From: Girardia tigrina
Taxonomy: Eukaryota
Length of the DNA: 53,865 nucleotides
Assembly: GCA_001938485.1 (NCBI GenBank)
Contig: MQRK01248958.1
Location: 7,849 to 61,713, forward strand
Direction: 5' to 3'
Part shown: positions 1-13,309 of the stretch, one piece after another
Numbering within the stretch: the stretch's first letter is position 1
Layout: the number at the start of each line of letters is the position of its first letter
Notes under the pieces: model-generated
Databases searched by the model: none
Seen by the model: only the letters and a program-made list of their open reading frames with translations
Told to the model about the DNA's origin: nothing
Program-made: the position numbers and the translations under genes

Positions 1-111
1 ATATCTGTCAAGAAATACCTTATTTATTTTCATACGATAGTTCAAAGTTAAGTTATACGCGATTGAAATGTAAGGTGTGAAGTTTGACCCGTTTCATATC
101 GAACAACCTAA
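1..111 (-). mobile_element. mariner terminal fragment (TIR end), continues left of window
   Basis: Minus strand reads TA-TTAGGTTGTTCGATATGAAAC, the same TTAGGTTG terminus as the mariner at 21130. Confidence 0.55.
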
Positions 112-585
112 TATTAAACTTTCCCATTCATTGTTTTTTTAGATTTGAATATATTAACAAAAAACTATATCAATCAAAGAAAAATGACCACTGAAAATTG
201 TTGTGAAGAAACTGTTTGTGTTATCAATAAATATTTGCATTCAAATTGTGATGCTGTTAATAATTATTGAGTGAGTCGACTCACGGTTCAAATAGTCTGT
301 GAGAACATGATTGTCTAAGTGATGACTGTAAATTGATTTTGAAGTGATTAGATAGGTGATTGGTTCTGATGTTTCATCGTAGTAAAGAAATAGCTGATCT
401 GAGTCGTCAAATTGTATTGTTGATTAATTAATTCAGTATCTGGTTCTAGTTTTTTAATTTCTAATTCTAATAATAGTTCTAATAACATAATTAATTCAAA
501 TCTGTAATCATAGGATTTTTTTTAATTTATGAATTTCATTGTTTTGATTGCTAGGCAATCTTAAATATAAAATTCCTAAATTAAA

Positions 586-623
<38 letters not shown>

Positions 624-1989
624 ATACTTTATATATGGTCGTTCTAAACCATTCATCTGGAGGTGGTAGCTTAGAGCATTGCTCCCCAGATGTTACTGAT
701 CCAGAGCAATGAAAGGAATACATAATATTTATATTATTTTAATATAAATGCAAAATATTTGTATATTTATGTGGCAGGTACGATAATACATGAACTAACA
801 ATTATTTAAATATTTTTTACAAGGAGTGTGTTTAAAAGTAGAAAACTACGATACAAGAGAAAGAATTATTTATCATGAAACGAAAGAGACAAAGCAAGCC
901 AAGATTCCGTTGGATTACTACTAAATTATTATAAGATTATTGTACGATACCCAGTATTTTTAATTGAAATCTATACCCGAAAACATTGTTTTACTTTAGT
1001 TAACAGATTTATTTAATTCCCATTATTGCTAACAGATCAAATAATTTTATAAATAGATTTCATAAGTATATATCTTCGAGTTTGTCACCAGTTAAACTTT
1101 GTTATCTTTTCAGTCGTGAATCATGTAAAATTATTTAGTTTATCACCTGTTACAATTTTAGTACTACAAATATATACTAAAAGTATATATTTTTAATTTA
1201 TTCATAATTTAGCTTTTATTTTATACCCTAAATAACTCAAGTCACTTTTTCGTTTATTTGGAACAGACATGCGATTGTTTTGATTTATTTACTACCAATA
1301 TTCCCTCTAAGCTGTACGACCGCGCAGTGATGTTAGAGTTAGTGTAATAAATTGCATAGAAAAAATAATTTGTGGCACACGTAAATTCATTCAAGTTTAT
1401 AAAAAATATATTTTGCACAAATTGTTTTGGGTCATTAGCAATTTTTGCACAAAACAAAATTTTAAATACACAACTGTTTGAACATCTAAAGTGATTCAGA
1501 CAATCGTATTAACGCATTTAGAATAATACTACTCAATCTTACTTTTCAGGGATTCTAAACAAGGTTAATATACATTTTTTAGGTTTTCTCAAACCCCCAT
1601 TTTAAGTCAGATTGCTGCAATCAGTAACATACAGTTGAAAAATAATAATATGGTGCATTAAGATCAGGATCAAAGCATCTTTACAGAAGACGTGTAGTTT
1701 AGACCGGACAGCGTTACACGGGATGTACAGTAAGGTTATAACATTTTTACAACTTCATAGTGGCAAAAACACCAAAAGATGATTTTTTGGATACTAATTA
1801 AGATTTTTACAAATCCCAGACGCAAGAAAAATTTTAACACAATCACCAAAATCTAACAAGTCCCATCGTTCATAATCAATAAAATATAATAACTGAGATA
1901 ATAATGATATAAAAAGTCATCGCATTTTGTTCGTGAAGATGAAACAATCATTGATTTTAACTTTACTTTTAGCGTATGCAAATAACTCT

Positions 1990-2465
1990 TAGGCTCTTTA
2001 GAGAGTCCACCCAAACTAAAGAATCACTAGCAGCCCCCCGATAGGCCTCCTACGGGGTCGGATAGTTTCGGTCTCCGAGATTTTTTCGGCTTCCCTGTGA
2101 GAAACGACCACCCATGGGTTGTATAGCCATGGTTCTGCATACCTTTGGCTGTATTCGTGGACTTCGTACAGCCGCGAAAGGGACATCTGAACTCTATCCT
2201 TGCAGTTAGATCTGCAATCCTAAAAGTCAGATGTGTTTCTTCAGTACCTATCGCTTCTTCCACCGCCGTCAAGATAGTCGGTGGGTCCGTCACGGATTGA
2301 ATCTGGTTGCCTCGAATGTTGAGGTTTTCTACGACTCTTTCTTCTGTGGTTGTACTGGTTTGCGCTGGTGTCATTGTCGGTTCTCCAATTTCTTCTGTCT
2401 CCTCCAATTTATGATCCCGGTACAGGTGCCTGGTCAGCCACCCCTTCGTTTTGCACACCGCTCTT
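1990..2465 (-). mobile_element. 5'-truncated RTE-like LINE, 3' end with C2H2 zinc-finger tail (copy 1)
   Basis: ORF 2027-2518 (KTKGWLTRHLYRDH...CPFRGCTKSTNTAKGMQNHGYTTH) is homologous in DNA and protein to 18270-18760. Confidence 0.8.
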
Positions 2466-3882
2466 AATACTTTCCACACCATAATTGACTGAGTTTTAGA
2501 TCTTCCGGTGTGGATCAAAACATTTCTTTGACATTATAATGTAATAATAATGTGATATTAATGTTATAATTCTGGATTTTAAGTCATAGTTGTTGGTTTT
2601 CAGTCACAGTAGTTTGAAAATTTTACACTTGACCATAGTTTCGCTAAAAAAGAGGCTTAATTCTGTAAAGTTTTTATTTAGTGTTTTGGAAGTAAAACTT
2701 TAACCAGTTGCCATAAAATTGCTCAAACAAGGTAAACTTTGGAACTTTAGGTGCACATATTATTTCATGTATGATATTACAATGTTATATAACTTTATAC
2801 ATTTCATAGAAGAAAATCAAAGTATGAGTCAAAAGAATAAAAAAAGCTATAAACTCAAAAACGTGATTCTTTACTATAATTAAAAAAAAATAATTTAATT
2901 TATTGCTAAAAATTACCGTGAAGTTGAACTTAAAATTTTTGTTTGTCTTCAGGAAACTACTAAAGTCACCCTAATATCAATAAACTTCCTGTCTCCTACT
3001 GAAACTTCATTCAGTCTTTTTATCAAATATTATTTATCGAAAATTTTAAATTAATTAATCAAAAAATTAACTCAATAGAATTATTAAAGGAAACTTTAAA
3101 AAGAAATTACCGAGTTTCTTAAATAAAATTTTATTATATAATATAAATTATTAAAAAATTTAATAACTATTGTTGAAAAATAAATAAATAAATAAAATTA
3201 TACAAAAATAAATAATGAATTTTACATATAATTATGATTATTTTATTTAATTTTTTTATCAATTTAAAAATTATAATAAATAAAAATAATAAAAATATTA
3301 TTTGTTTTAGTTTCAAAATTTAGAAATTATATTTATAATTTTGTAATTTTATATTCAGAGAGTAAAATAAAAATCATTTTAAAAAGTTAAAAAAAATTTA
3401 CCGATTTAATAAAAACAATTATAAAAAAACAGAATAAAAGCAAATCCCAAAACAATTAAAAGGAAATTAGATATCCAAACTTGGCTATCTGATGTAAAAT
3501 ATAAATTTATATTTACATAATGAATATTATGACAAGCTTTAGTCTGTTGTTAACTTTATCTACTCTCTTTCATTAATACAAACAATTAAAATATAATGGA
3601 AAATAATGAAATGGTCTGTTAGTTATTCAGTTGTGAAAATAATCATTTCAAAAAAAAATAAAATTAACAATATTATTTTAGAATTTGTTTTATAAGTTCC
3701 TAAAAATCTTTGTACTTTCTTAGAAACTTTTTTAAAGTTTATTTTATTTACAAAATTACGTTTTTTTCTGAATGTTTTCTTTTAACTGATTATAAGTTTT
3801 TTTACCACCTTTTTAAAGTAATTCCAAATATTTGATATAGTAAGATGAAAAAATACTCAATCTAAGGCGCTTTTTAAAATTT

Positions 3883-3980
3883 ATGTAATATAATATAATA
3901 TAATATGATATAATATAATATAAAATAATATTATATTATATTATATTATATTATTTTATTTATATTATATTATATTACAT
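3883..3980. repeat. palindromic (TAATA)n/(TATTA)n AT-rich repeat
   Basis: ATGTAATATAATATA...TATATTATATTACAT; the two halves are near reverse complements. Confidence 0.75.
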
Positions 3981-4694
3981 TCAGTAACTATCTAACATAA
4001 AATATGCTTCATTAAGTTTCAACAATTGAAATTTTAAGTTGTTTAAATTAAAAATGTGTTTTTGTTTATTTATAGAATATATTGTTTAACTAAGTTGATT
4101 TATGTTAAAGACAAATTCACCAGCAGTGTTTATTTTTAATATTCTAAATATTAAACAACCATGGAGCCTCTTTATACACAACTTTTTTGGGATTTATATA
4201 ACATTTGCCATAAAGGTCACATTTGTCTAAACTAATTAAATTTCTCTTACGATTTTACCAAATATAAATAAATTTCAAATGGATTTGCGACTGTATTTAA
4301 TAAAAAATACTTTTATTTTTATATTTTAATTAATTAAAAAAAATTTTTAATTTCCTTTTAAAAAATTAATATATTTACTAAAATTGATTGTTAAAAACTA
4401 AATGTTTCAGTTCATATTTTGTGGATCAAAGAACGTATCGTTGAACAGAAATATTATCTTTTGTATTATTAATCTTGCATCTTTGGTAAAAATATTTGAC
4501 TAAGACATTTACCTTAATCGCCTTCACGTTTCCTTGGCGAAAAACCTCCTTGTTTTTGTTTCTAAATTTTAATTGAATTTCCTAAATCTCTTCATCAATA
4601 TCTTTTTACAAAATATCAGATTGAAAAAGTTTAAAAAGGCATTTTTTATGTAAAGTCATTCTTGTAAAAGTAAATTATCCTATACTTTGTTATA

Positions 4695-4975
4695 TTATTT
4701 TGTCAAGTATGAAATTTGTAGGCCTGAGAACAATAAATTCAAATAGTTACAATACAAAAATGACTTTGCATTTTGGTACTCAGTTTTTAAAAATTGCTAC
4801 ATATGTTGACAGTTGAATAAATCAATAAAAATTATTAAATTATTGATAACTTTTTTTAAAAATCAGAATTTTAAAAAAATGGAAAAGGCAAAAATTCGAA
4901 TTATTATGTAGTAAAAGTTTCAAAGTGGAACCTCAGCATCAGAAACCGAGTGAAACAAATATAGTACATTCACAA
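4695..4975 (+). mobile_element. mariner 5' fragment
   Basis: From 4879 reads MEKAKIRIIM**KFQSGTSASETE*NKYSTF, resembling the N-terminus of the mariner at 22216. Confidence 0.5.
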
Positions 4976-4984
4976 TGCTACTAA

Positions 4985-6716
4985 GCAGTTAGATGAGATG
5001 AAGCTTTCGATGCAATTCATCACATCATCTTTGTTCTTACAGCGCTGTCCAGCCAGGGTGTGCTGCAGAGATCTGAAAACATGAAAATCTCATGAATCAG
5101 ATCTGGAGGATTGGCTGTATGCGCCTAGGCTAATTATGTATACATCCAATCCAAGACCTAAAATTGTATTTTTCGTTAACTATAACTGTAGTAACTAAAA
5201 GAGCGAGTATTGTCATTGAAGAGGATGATATTCCTGAAACTATGGCTAACTTGAAGCCGAAATTCTTAGATTTTATTGTTCAGTTTGTGCAACTCTTCGC
5301 TGTAGCATTTGGCTATGAATGTTTGCTTGGGTTTTAGCAACTCATAGCTTTGCATTCCACAATATGCATAATAGTATCTTCTTTCCTGTAAGTAGCGTTT
5401 ATGCCACTTTCATTATTTTCAAATTCAGAACTCATAATTTAACACCAAAATCTTTACTTATATCAACAATTCACATATTTAAACAAATTTTTCTGTTAAT
5501 TCAATTATCTCTCCACAAATTAATCTTTTAAATTCTTTTCGATTCAATTTTTAAAATTTAACAAATTTTAAACTTAAAATTTATTAAATTATTTTCACAT
5601 TAAAACTAAAAATTTATTTTAAAATTTATTTAAAATTGTTTCATAACTTCTATTAAAATATATAAATTGTTATGACTTTAAAAATATTTTTATTTATAAA
5701 TAAATATTTAATGGTTTTCTTATCATTTTTAATTTTAAGATATTTAATAGATACATTAAAAACGTATTTTTTATTTTGAAATAGGTATTTAATTTTGTTA
5801 TGATTTTCTTTTATTATGTCATTTTGAATTTTTAAAATATTTAAAAAAACACATTAAAAACATATTTTATTTTTAAATACGTATTTGATTTTTTAATAGT
5901 TGCTTTATTATATCATTTTTAATTTTAAAATATTTAATAAACATTAAAATATTTTAACTTTGAAATTAAAAAATAATAAATTATTTTTTCGAGATGCAAA
6001 TTTAAATTAACCCCTCATATTTCCATTAATATTCGGTTTCGGAGTAAAGCTTGTTGCTTGGTCAGGGTTCACCGATGATCTTTTGTATTCTGGATTCTTG
6101 TATTGTACCCATTTCTCGTCATAAGTGACAATTCATCAAAGAAACAATTTTAATGGTTATGTACATAAAGCGAGATGCATAAACTCAATCTTTGAGTAAT
6201 ATTTGCTAATGATAGCAGGTGTGGCAACCTTCAGGATTTTATCCATGGCTTGTTATCTCTTCAAAACCGTGGATTGGTTCATTCTAAGTTGTCTATCCAG
6301 TTCACACGAGGTCTGGGAATTATCCTCATCCAACAGAGCTTGCTATTTATTTGGGTCTGTCCTTTCTGTTTTTATTCTGAAGCACAAATTCAATACTTCT
6401 GAATTTCTGGAACCAAAGTTTAACCATGTTAAGAACATTGAGACGATTTTCATTTAAATATTTATTATTATAACATTTAGAGTCATCACGATTGTTGGCA
6501 GATGGTTCACCGTTTGACATCGCTCTATTTAGCTTTATTTCATCTCCATATCGAAGCCTTTGTTTCTGCAGCATTCATTATAAGTTTATTCTTAAAAAGC
6601 ATGAAATATCTGACGTACAAATTGTAAGCCTCCGTTATTAAACGTATTTGGAAAATAAAATGGGTAGAGAAGGGGTTTTATTCAAAATAAAGAAAGAAAT
6701 ATACATTGAAAATATA

Positions 6717-6752
<36 letters not shown>

Positions 6753-6800
6753 ATCTAATATAAAGTTGGAACCAAGAACTTTTGCATCAACTTACTAGAT
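4985..6800 (-). mobile_element. decayed mariner transposon split by an AT-rich insertion
   Basis: Minus-strand motifs in order: WFQKFRS, LLDEDNSQTSCEL, VTYDEKWVQYKN...KPNING | GKKILLCILWN, YELLKPKQT, ILFNDNTRS, PPDL..DFHVFRSLQHTL. TIR-like GTTGATGCAAAAG near 6779-6791. Confidence 0.8.
5720..5960 (+). repeat. about 95-bp degenerate tandem repeat (3 units) inside the insertion in the mariner
   Basis: TCATTTT.AATTTTAA.ATATTTAA....ACATTAAAA recurs at about 5723, 5819 and 5913. Confidence 0.65.
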
Positions 6801-7189
6801 TATAAATTGATATTTTATATTTCCTAAATAATCTTTTGAAAATTTTAGAAAAATATTTATTCATGTGTTCTTTTTTATACGAAAAATAACCCAGACCGCA
6901 TTATTGTGGAGTAAGGAACAAGCTGTTAAATAACATTACTTTAGAATTTGTAAAAATTTATGTTAAATATTAATAATTTATTGTAAAATTAATCTTAAAA
7001 TAACAATTTCTAAAACCGAGGAAAAACCAAAAACAGTAGCTGACTTCGAAAATGAAAATAAATTGTCTAATATTTTTAAAGCTTATCGTAAATTTCCATT
7101 ATGTTAAAATATTTTTGTCTGTCTTTGCCAAATTTTATACGATTTTTCCCTCGAATTATAAACTTATGTCAATTTCGACATACGTTTAA

Positions 7190-7317
7190 CTATTAAAAAC
7201 ACAGTATTGACTGACCAAACAGATTTCGGTTTGAAAAACCGAATAAATATATATATATTTAATTTTTTCGTTTTTATTTATTTAAAATATTCGAGAAATG
7301 TTTTTCATCTTTTTCTG

Positions 7318-7382
<65 letters not shown>

Positions 7383-8290
7383 GTATTATAAATATGATAT
7401 TATATTATTCTTTTTTATTTTTTCAAGATTTGGAAAAAGTTTTCAAAAAATATTTTTTTATGCAAAAAATAAAAAAATAAAAGTAATAAAGCCTAAATTT
7501 ATCAGATAGTTCTTAAAATTATTAAACAAAAATCAGAAATTTAGATATTAAAAAATGAATGTCAAAAAAAGACTGCTGGGATTTCTAACACCAGGAGATC
7601 CGAAAAAAGAATTATAAAATAACATAAAATTCCATAATGTGCGAATTGACTTTAAAATCAATCTCTAAATTTTCTTTTAATCTGATTTTATTCCTTTAAA
7701 TCCAATTTACAAATTAATATTCTATATTCAACTCTATTTTTTATTAATAATTAAATAACTTTAATAGATTATTAAATGCTTTAAAATTCTATCAAAAACT
7801 TTGGTATTTGGTACTTTATTTTTTAAATAAGATTTTTCATTTAATTAATTTAATAATATTTTGATTTTATTTTAGAGAAATTTAACAATGATAATTTAAT
7901 TATTAAATTTTTTTAATTAAATAAAATAAGTATTATTCAAAATGTATTTTTTAATTTTAATTATTGTTTTCTTATTTCACGATGAAAATTTAATTGATTT
8001 ATTTGTTATGAAATACTTTAAATAAAATAAAATTTTAATTAAAAGTACTCAATCATAAGAAAATGATTAATTTTTAAAGTGATTAAAGTTCTTTTCAATT
8101 TAATTAAAACTTCATTTTCTGTTTTATTTTATTTTAAAATTTTTAATGTTATATGTAGTATTTCCCATTAAATAATTTAATAATATATATATTAAGTTAT
8201 TATTTCCATTTTTATTATAAAGATATATATATTTATTCGGTTTTTAAAATTTAAATATGTTTGGTCAGTCGATAATGTGTTTTATAATAG
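7190..8290. mobile_element. TTAA-flanked non-autonomous element with about 70-bp imperfect TIRs
   Basis: TTAA-CTATTAAAAACACAGTATTGACTGACCAAACA...AAAAACCGAATAAATATAT (7186-7258) matches the reverse complement of 8222-8294. Confidence 0.7.
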
Positions 8291-8294
8291 TTAA

Positions 8295-8526
8295 CCCCTT
8301 TACCGTGTGTCACGAGTTAACTCGTCATATGAAATCTTGGGCTTAACCGTACATCACGAGTCAACTCGTCTTCAGATATATAAAAGTCGTCCGTGTGCCG
8401 TACTTCCCGAGTTAACGAGATTTATGCATACACACAGGTATGTGTAGGTATGCACACTGGAGAAAGAAAATGAAAGAAAACAATTACACTGTTTCCAAAA
8501 AAAAATTTTTTTCCACGGTAAAGGGG
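8295..8526. mobile_element. piggyBac-type MITE (232 bp)
   Basis: TTAA TSDs at 8291-8294 and 8527-8530; perfect 13-bp TIR CCCCTTTACCGTG/CACGGTAAAGGGG; internal repeated CACGAGTYAACTCGTC palindromes. Confidence 0.9.
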
Positions 8527-9161
8527 TTAAAAAAATTATTATTTATTAAATCATTTTATTTAAAGATATCAAGAAATATAATTTTAACAAAAATAAATAA
8601 TAAATTTCGTTATGTCTATTAAAACATGGCTGAAACAAGTTTCAAAGTAATTTACTGTTTTATAAATCCCCATTAGTTATTTATTTTCGTCAACTATTTT
8701 TTTCTATTTTTTTTATTTTAATCATATATTTTTTTCAAGTGATTGTTCAGTCAGCTAGAATTTATATTTATTTTATTTATAAGTATGATAAGAAATTATA
8801 AAGTTTGCTCAAAAAATAAAACAAGATAAAAAGACTGAATTTGTTTATTTTTATATTAAAATTATCTAAATATATTTAAAAATAATTAAATTTTATAGAC
8901 ATAAAATCAAGACAAAAAAGAAAATAAGACAAACAATATAAAGATTTATACTTATAAATCATCTTGGATAAAAAAAGAATATAAAAGAAGAACATAAACT
9001 AGGTCTTTCACCCGACAACACCAAAAAATCCTATCTAAAAAACCAAATTTTACGTACAAAATAAGTCAGGTTTACCCACATGAATCAATCTGACACTATA
9101 TCAAATTTTGACTACAAACAAACACAGATAATCAGAATAACTTTAAGCTCACTTTAGAATT

Positions 9162-9790
9162 TCGGGGTAAGTTCAATAAGTACCTTGTCTAACAAAGAAA
9201 ACAAATTCTAAAAAGAGTCATTTTATAACAGAACAAGCTTAAAGTATCTAGACATCATTTTTCAACATAATGTCCATTTCGCTCCTCACACTTCCGCAAA
9301 AGAATAATCAAATAATCTGGGAGCATTCAACGAAGAAATCCTCAGATCGTCTTTCAATCTAAACTGGACATCTCAAATGTTTATTTAAGTGAATGACGAG
9401 GTAAAAAACGATCAGTGCTAAATCTGGGCTGTAGGGTGGATGATTCACAAGCACTAGTCCATCATCTCCGATTGTTGTCCGAGAAATGCCCGCTGTGTAT
9501 CCTGGAGTATTGTCGTGGAGAAACTACAATGGCGTATTCTTCAGCTTCTCTCTATTCTGTCTGGCGGTCACCAAAAGTTGGCTATAATAGATAGTGTTGA
9601 TGTTGATGCTTTTATCCATGAGAATAACACCTTTAGGATCCCAGAATATGAAAAGCATCATATCTCATTCATAACTTGTTTACGTCCGCATCTTCAAAGA
9701 TGGCTTCTCTCCAGGCAGTTTCCATTCGGCTGACTCACACTTTGCTATTGGGAAATATATTCTGAATGGGGTTTTATCCTCCGTAATTAA
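9162..9790 (-). mobile_element. mariner relic, catalytic/C-terminal part
   Basis: LVNHPPYSPDLAL motif on minus at about 9415-9455; TIR-like GGGTAAGTTCAATAAGT at 9165. Confidence 0.7.
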
Positions 9791-10265
9791 TATTTTTGTG
9801 ATCGTTGTTATTTACACCTTTCTTACTTTTGTGAAGTTTAATTGACTTGTTTTTAAAACGTAACCAATAAGTAAGATTTATTTAGTTTCGTTTACACTGT
9901 TTTGAAGGACCCATAATAAACAAAAATTAGTTTGCATTAATTAAAGATTAATTAGAGTCTCTTTCAAATCTTAGAAGAAAATAAATTAATAAAAATTAAA
10001 ACATTTAGACAATTGTTATAATAAGACATATAATATAATCAGAATATAATTTAACACTATTTTATATATTTTAAATAATTGCTTTTATAGACCACTCAAA
10101 TGAATGTAAATCTCATTTGAGTATAGCCACATATTTTTATCAGCATATTCACATCAATCAATCATAATAAAAATATATTTATGATACTATAAATCATTTT
10201 TATAAATCTAATAAATTTTAAAACTTTTTAATTTAAGTTGAAAAAACATAAATAATTTCAATTAC

Positions 10266-10382
10266 ATTTTCGAATTTTTTGCAAATTAACTTCATTGCAA
10301 AATGGATTTGTTTGCAAGTTCCGGAGATTGTCACGACTCGTTCCGGAGAGTTGCCATCAGATATATTAATTCTGGCCATGCT
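10266..10382 (-). CDS. PCBP/mub-like KH protein, coding exon 4 (117 nt)
   Basis: ttctag|SMARINISDGNSPERVVTISGTCKQIHFAMKLICKKFEN|gtaatt; the second half of PCBP KH1, in phase with exon 3. Confidence 0.92.
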
Positions 10383-11584
10383 CTAGAATGATAAATGATG
10401 TACATTAATTTTTAAATAAATAATTGCAAATTGATCAATAAAGACAATTGCCCTAAATCATCCAAACAACACGGATAACAAGAGTAAAAACGATGCTAAG
10501 ATTAATAAAATCATTCCGTCTGACTTAGATTGACTCTTAACTCTAAGGTTCTCCTCATTTTAGGAAACTTAGTCAAAAAAAGTAAAAAAAAAGTACTCTT
10601 CGGTTGGTGTTTATTCACATTACAAAATGAACAAAGCTGTGAATCAATCCTCTTGGTTTAGTTTAAACATTGTCATTAGTAATTTGATCTTCTATGGGGA
10701 AGGTTCTTAAGTTGAGATATGCTTTTTGATTGCTTATTAAAGGTACGAAAATAAAAAAGAAATAAAAAGAAGAATCCTTCCACTGCTCTATTTGTAGAAA
10801 CACGTTAAACATTTGTGCCTCAAACACTCCGAAAGTTGATTTATTGTCATGTTTTTAAATAAGTTTCCTGCTTGACGAGACTTTTTTTTCCGTTCTGCGT
10901 GAACAAAAAACTCGTTGCATATGCGCATAACATTATAAAACGGCTGAACACAAATAAACCCTCATCATCTAAATTTCTGAGACACAAAATCTCAAATAAT
11001 ATTGCGCAGTGAAAGGAATAATAAATTATTTTACTTTAGTAAATATGTAAGAAAAAGATGACAAAAATACAAATGTATTTGATGAGTATCAAAATGATTG
11101 AGAATGATCATAAAAGGTTGCAGAATCCTTTCGGAGAAAGTATTATGAGGATGAAAAAAATAGAGACCCTAAAAGATGGTTTTTTATAACTTTTATAACA
11201 TTCAAAATGGATTAATTCTTGATCATTTTGTTTACAAACTTCTCTCTGGTTCGAAGTGACAAAATAGTAAGAAATATGTTTACTTATATGAACATTTGCA
11301 TTTGACATTAAACGAAATATTGGAAAAATTAACTAAAGAGAAGTATACAAATATCTGAAACATTACAAATTAATTGATCAAGAAAGAAGACACAAAACTT
11401 TGTATTAAAACTTTAGAGACTACAAGAAATAATTGAGGCAAATATACCAAAATATATTTATTAGAAGTCCTTCGACGAATCTTTTAATATTATACGCGAT
11501 GAAACTAAAATTCATTTACACAAATGCTTTGTTAATTGAAGTATAAATTCTATTATCATAACTTTGTATTATATTATTATATAA

Positions 11585-11970
11585 TAAGCCTCTCCCGACT
11601 GGACGAATAACTGAATATCGTAGAGACTGCAGTACCTTCAATAGACTCTCTATCGGATAGAAACCATGAATAGACAATACAGAGCCTACTGATTTTCTCG
11701 CACGGCTTTAGATGCGAAAATGCGAGCTTTTAATGCTCAGGCACGCTTCGATTTCCCACTCAGAAAGAACGATCTCTCGTACCGTGATTTTGTAGAGCTT
11801 TTGCTGTGTAAACACATTTCGTTCAATGAGTAAAGGGACACATAAATATCCCCACACCAGTTATATTACTTTACTGAAATTCAAATCATTCCTGAATTTG
11901 TCTCTGCGGTTTTGTCGATCATGCACATCGCGATCGGGTTAGAAGATTCGTACATCCTTCCTCTATGTTA
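11585..11970 (-). mobile_element. SINE (probably tRNA-derived), family A copy 1
   Basis: 15-bp TSD TATATTATTATATAA at 11570-11584 and 11971-11985; homologous copy at 31747-32352. Confidence 0.8.
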
Positions 11971-12179
11971 TATATTATTATATAAGAATAGTTTTACTAT
12001 TACATATACTTTTTATGTGAGACATGAAATATCTTGTGGTGGAGTTTTTCAAAAAATAATAATTCGCACATTGAAAATTTGTTTTTAATACTGTTTTTTA
12101 TCATCTTATAATATAATCTTTCCACTTAAAAAACTATTAACTTAAATTTTGAGACAAAGATTTCTAAAAGTTTAAAGGA

Positions 12180-12620
12180 CACCTTTCTTAGCTAAGTTCC
12201 TTACTTCCGACTTTATTCAGATTCGACCTGGATAGAATCTTCAAACCAAGAGATGGTAATGGCGAAAAATACTTGAAGTAGAAATTAACACTGCTTGCTT
12301 TGATTACTTGAAAACCATAATATGAGCGACATAATTTATGGAAGGTCGGCAAAAACGTTGCAATTTATCTTTAGGAAAGCATGATTTGAGGTTTTCCTCA
12401 GATTTAAGTAAAACAATAAAAGGATAAGATCATCTATAAACTAAGTATGATCATATTGTAGTTTCTTCATTTCAAGCAAACATTATTAGACAAATATGGA
12501 TCATTTTTTATCTTCAGAAAACATCCATTTCACAATTGTACTGACATTAAAGCTTCTACTGTATTCATCAGTTGACTATAAAATCAGTTTCTTCAGTTAT
12601 TCTTAAGAGCAAATATTTCC
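12180..12620 (-). mobile_element. heavily decayed Gypsy-like RT fragment
   Basis: FIDDLILL motif at about 12420-12445, followed by ENLK...DK..F...INYVAHI-like residues; many stops. Confidence 0.35.
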
Positions 12621-12730
12621 ACAGAAAATGAATGTTCTGTTACAACAGGAAAATGAGGGTCACTCCGGTGAATAAGCGCGCTGCTAATTATACTTTTCGT
12701 TTTTCTGACATCTGCTGATTCATAGGTATC

Positions 12731-13120
12731 CAGAGGCGCCCGTAAGGTTTTCTTCAAAGAGGGGCAAAAAATACATTATATTAAAAATGAAAAAAAATCT
12801 TTAATTTCCAGGTATTCATTTATTATTTTATTAATACATTTTTTATGTCCCTTAAAAACATTTGAAAAGAAAAATTTATCATAAATTTTATTTTATATTA
12901 ATTTCTGTAAAATTATTTTCAGGATTCAAAATGAAATTTTTTACTGCTTATTTATCTAAAATCTCCTTTTAGATTTTAGTATCTAATATATTTCTAGCAT
13001 CCCGTTATAATTTTCAAATTTCTTAGTGAAATAAAGTGTTTTTTTCATTTTATTTCTATAAACATTTTTGTTCCAGGAAGAGCACATACCTCTTCTTATT
13101 CCCCGCTATGGACACCTATC
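12731..13120. mobile_element. hAT-type MITE
   Basis: 8-bp TSD TAGGTATC at 12723-12730 and 13121-13128; degenerate TIR CAGAGGCGCCCGTA / TATGGACACCTATC. Confidence 0.8.
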
Positions 13121-13309
13121 TAGGTATCAAAATCATCAGATTTCAGCTCTAGTGGAATAGTTTGAGCTCATCTGGAAGATTCTTTTGTGGGGTGGATGAG
13201 AATAGACTACACTAAGGTGAAAGTCAAGATATTTGACGTCTTCTTATAAAATATTATCGCTTCCAAAAAATAAATTCACTGTCTTATTTATTTGTAAATT
13301 TAATTATGA

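Noticed and set aside
4512-4562. Exon-like AG...GT segment on minus (also about 3402-3488 and 25064-25085)
   Set aside because: Translations do not match the PCBP continuation, some frames contain stops, and such signals arise by chance in AT-rich DNA.
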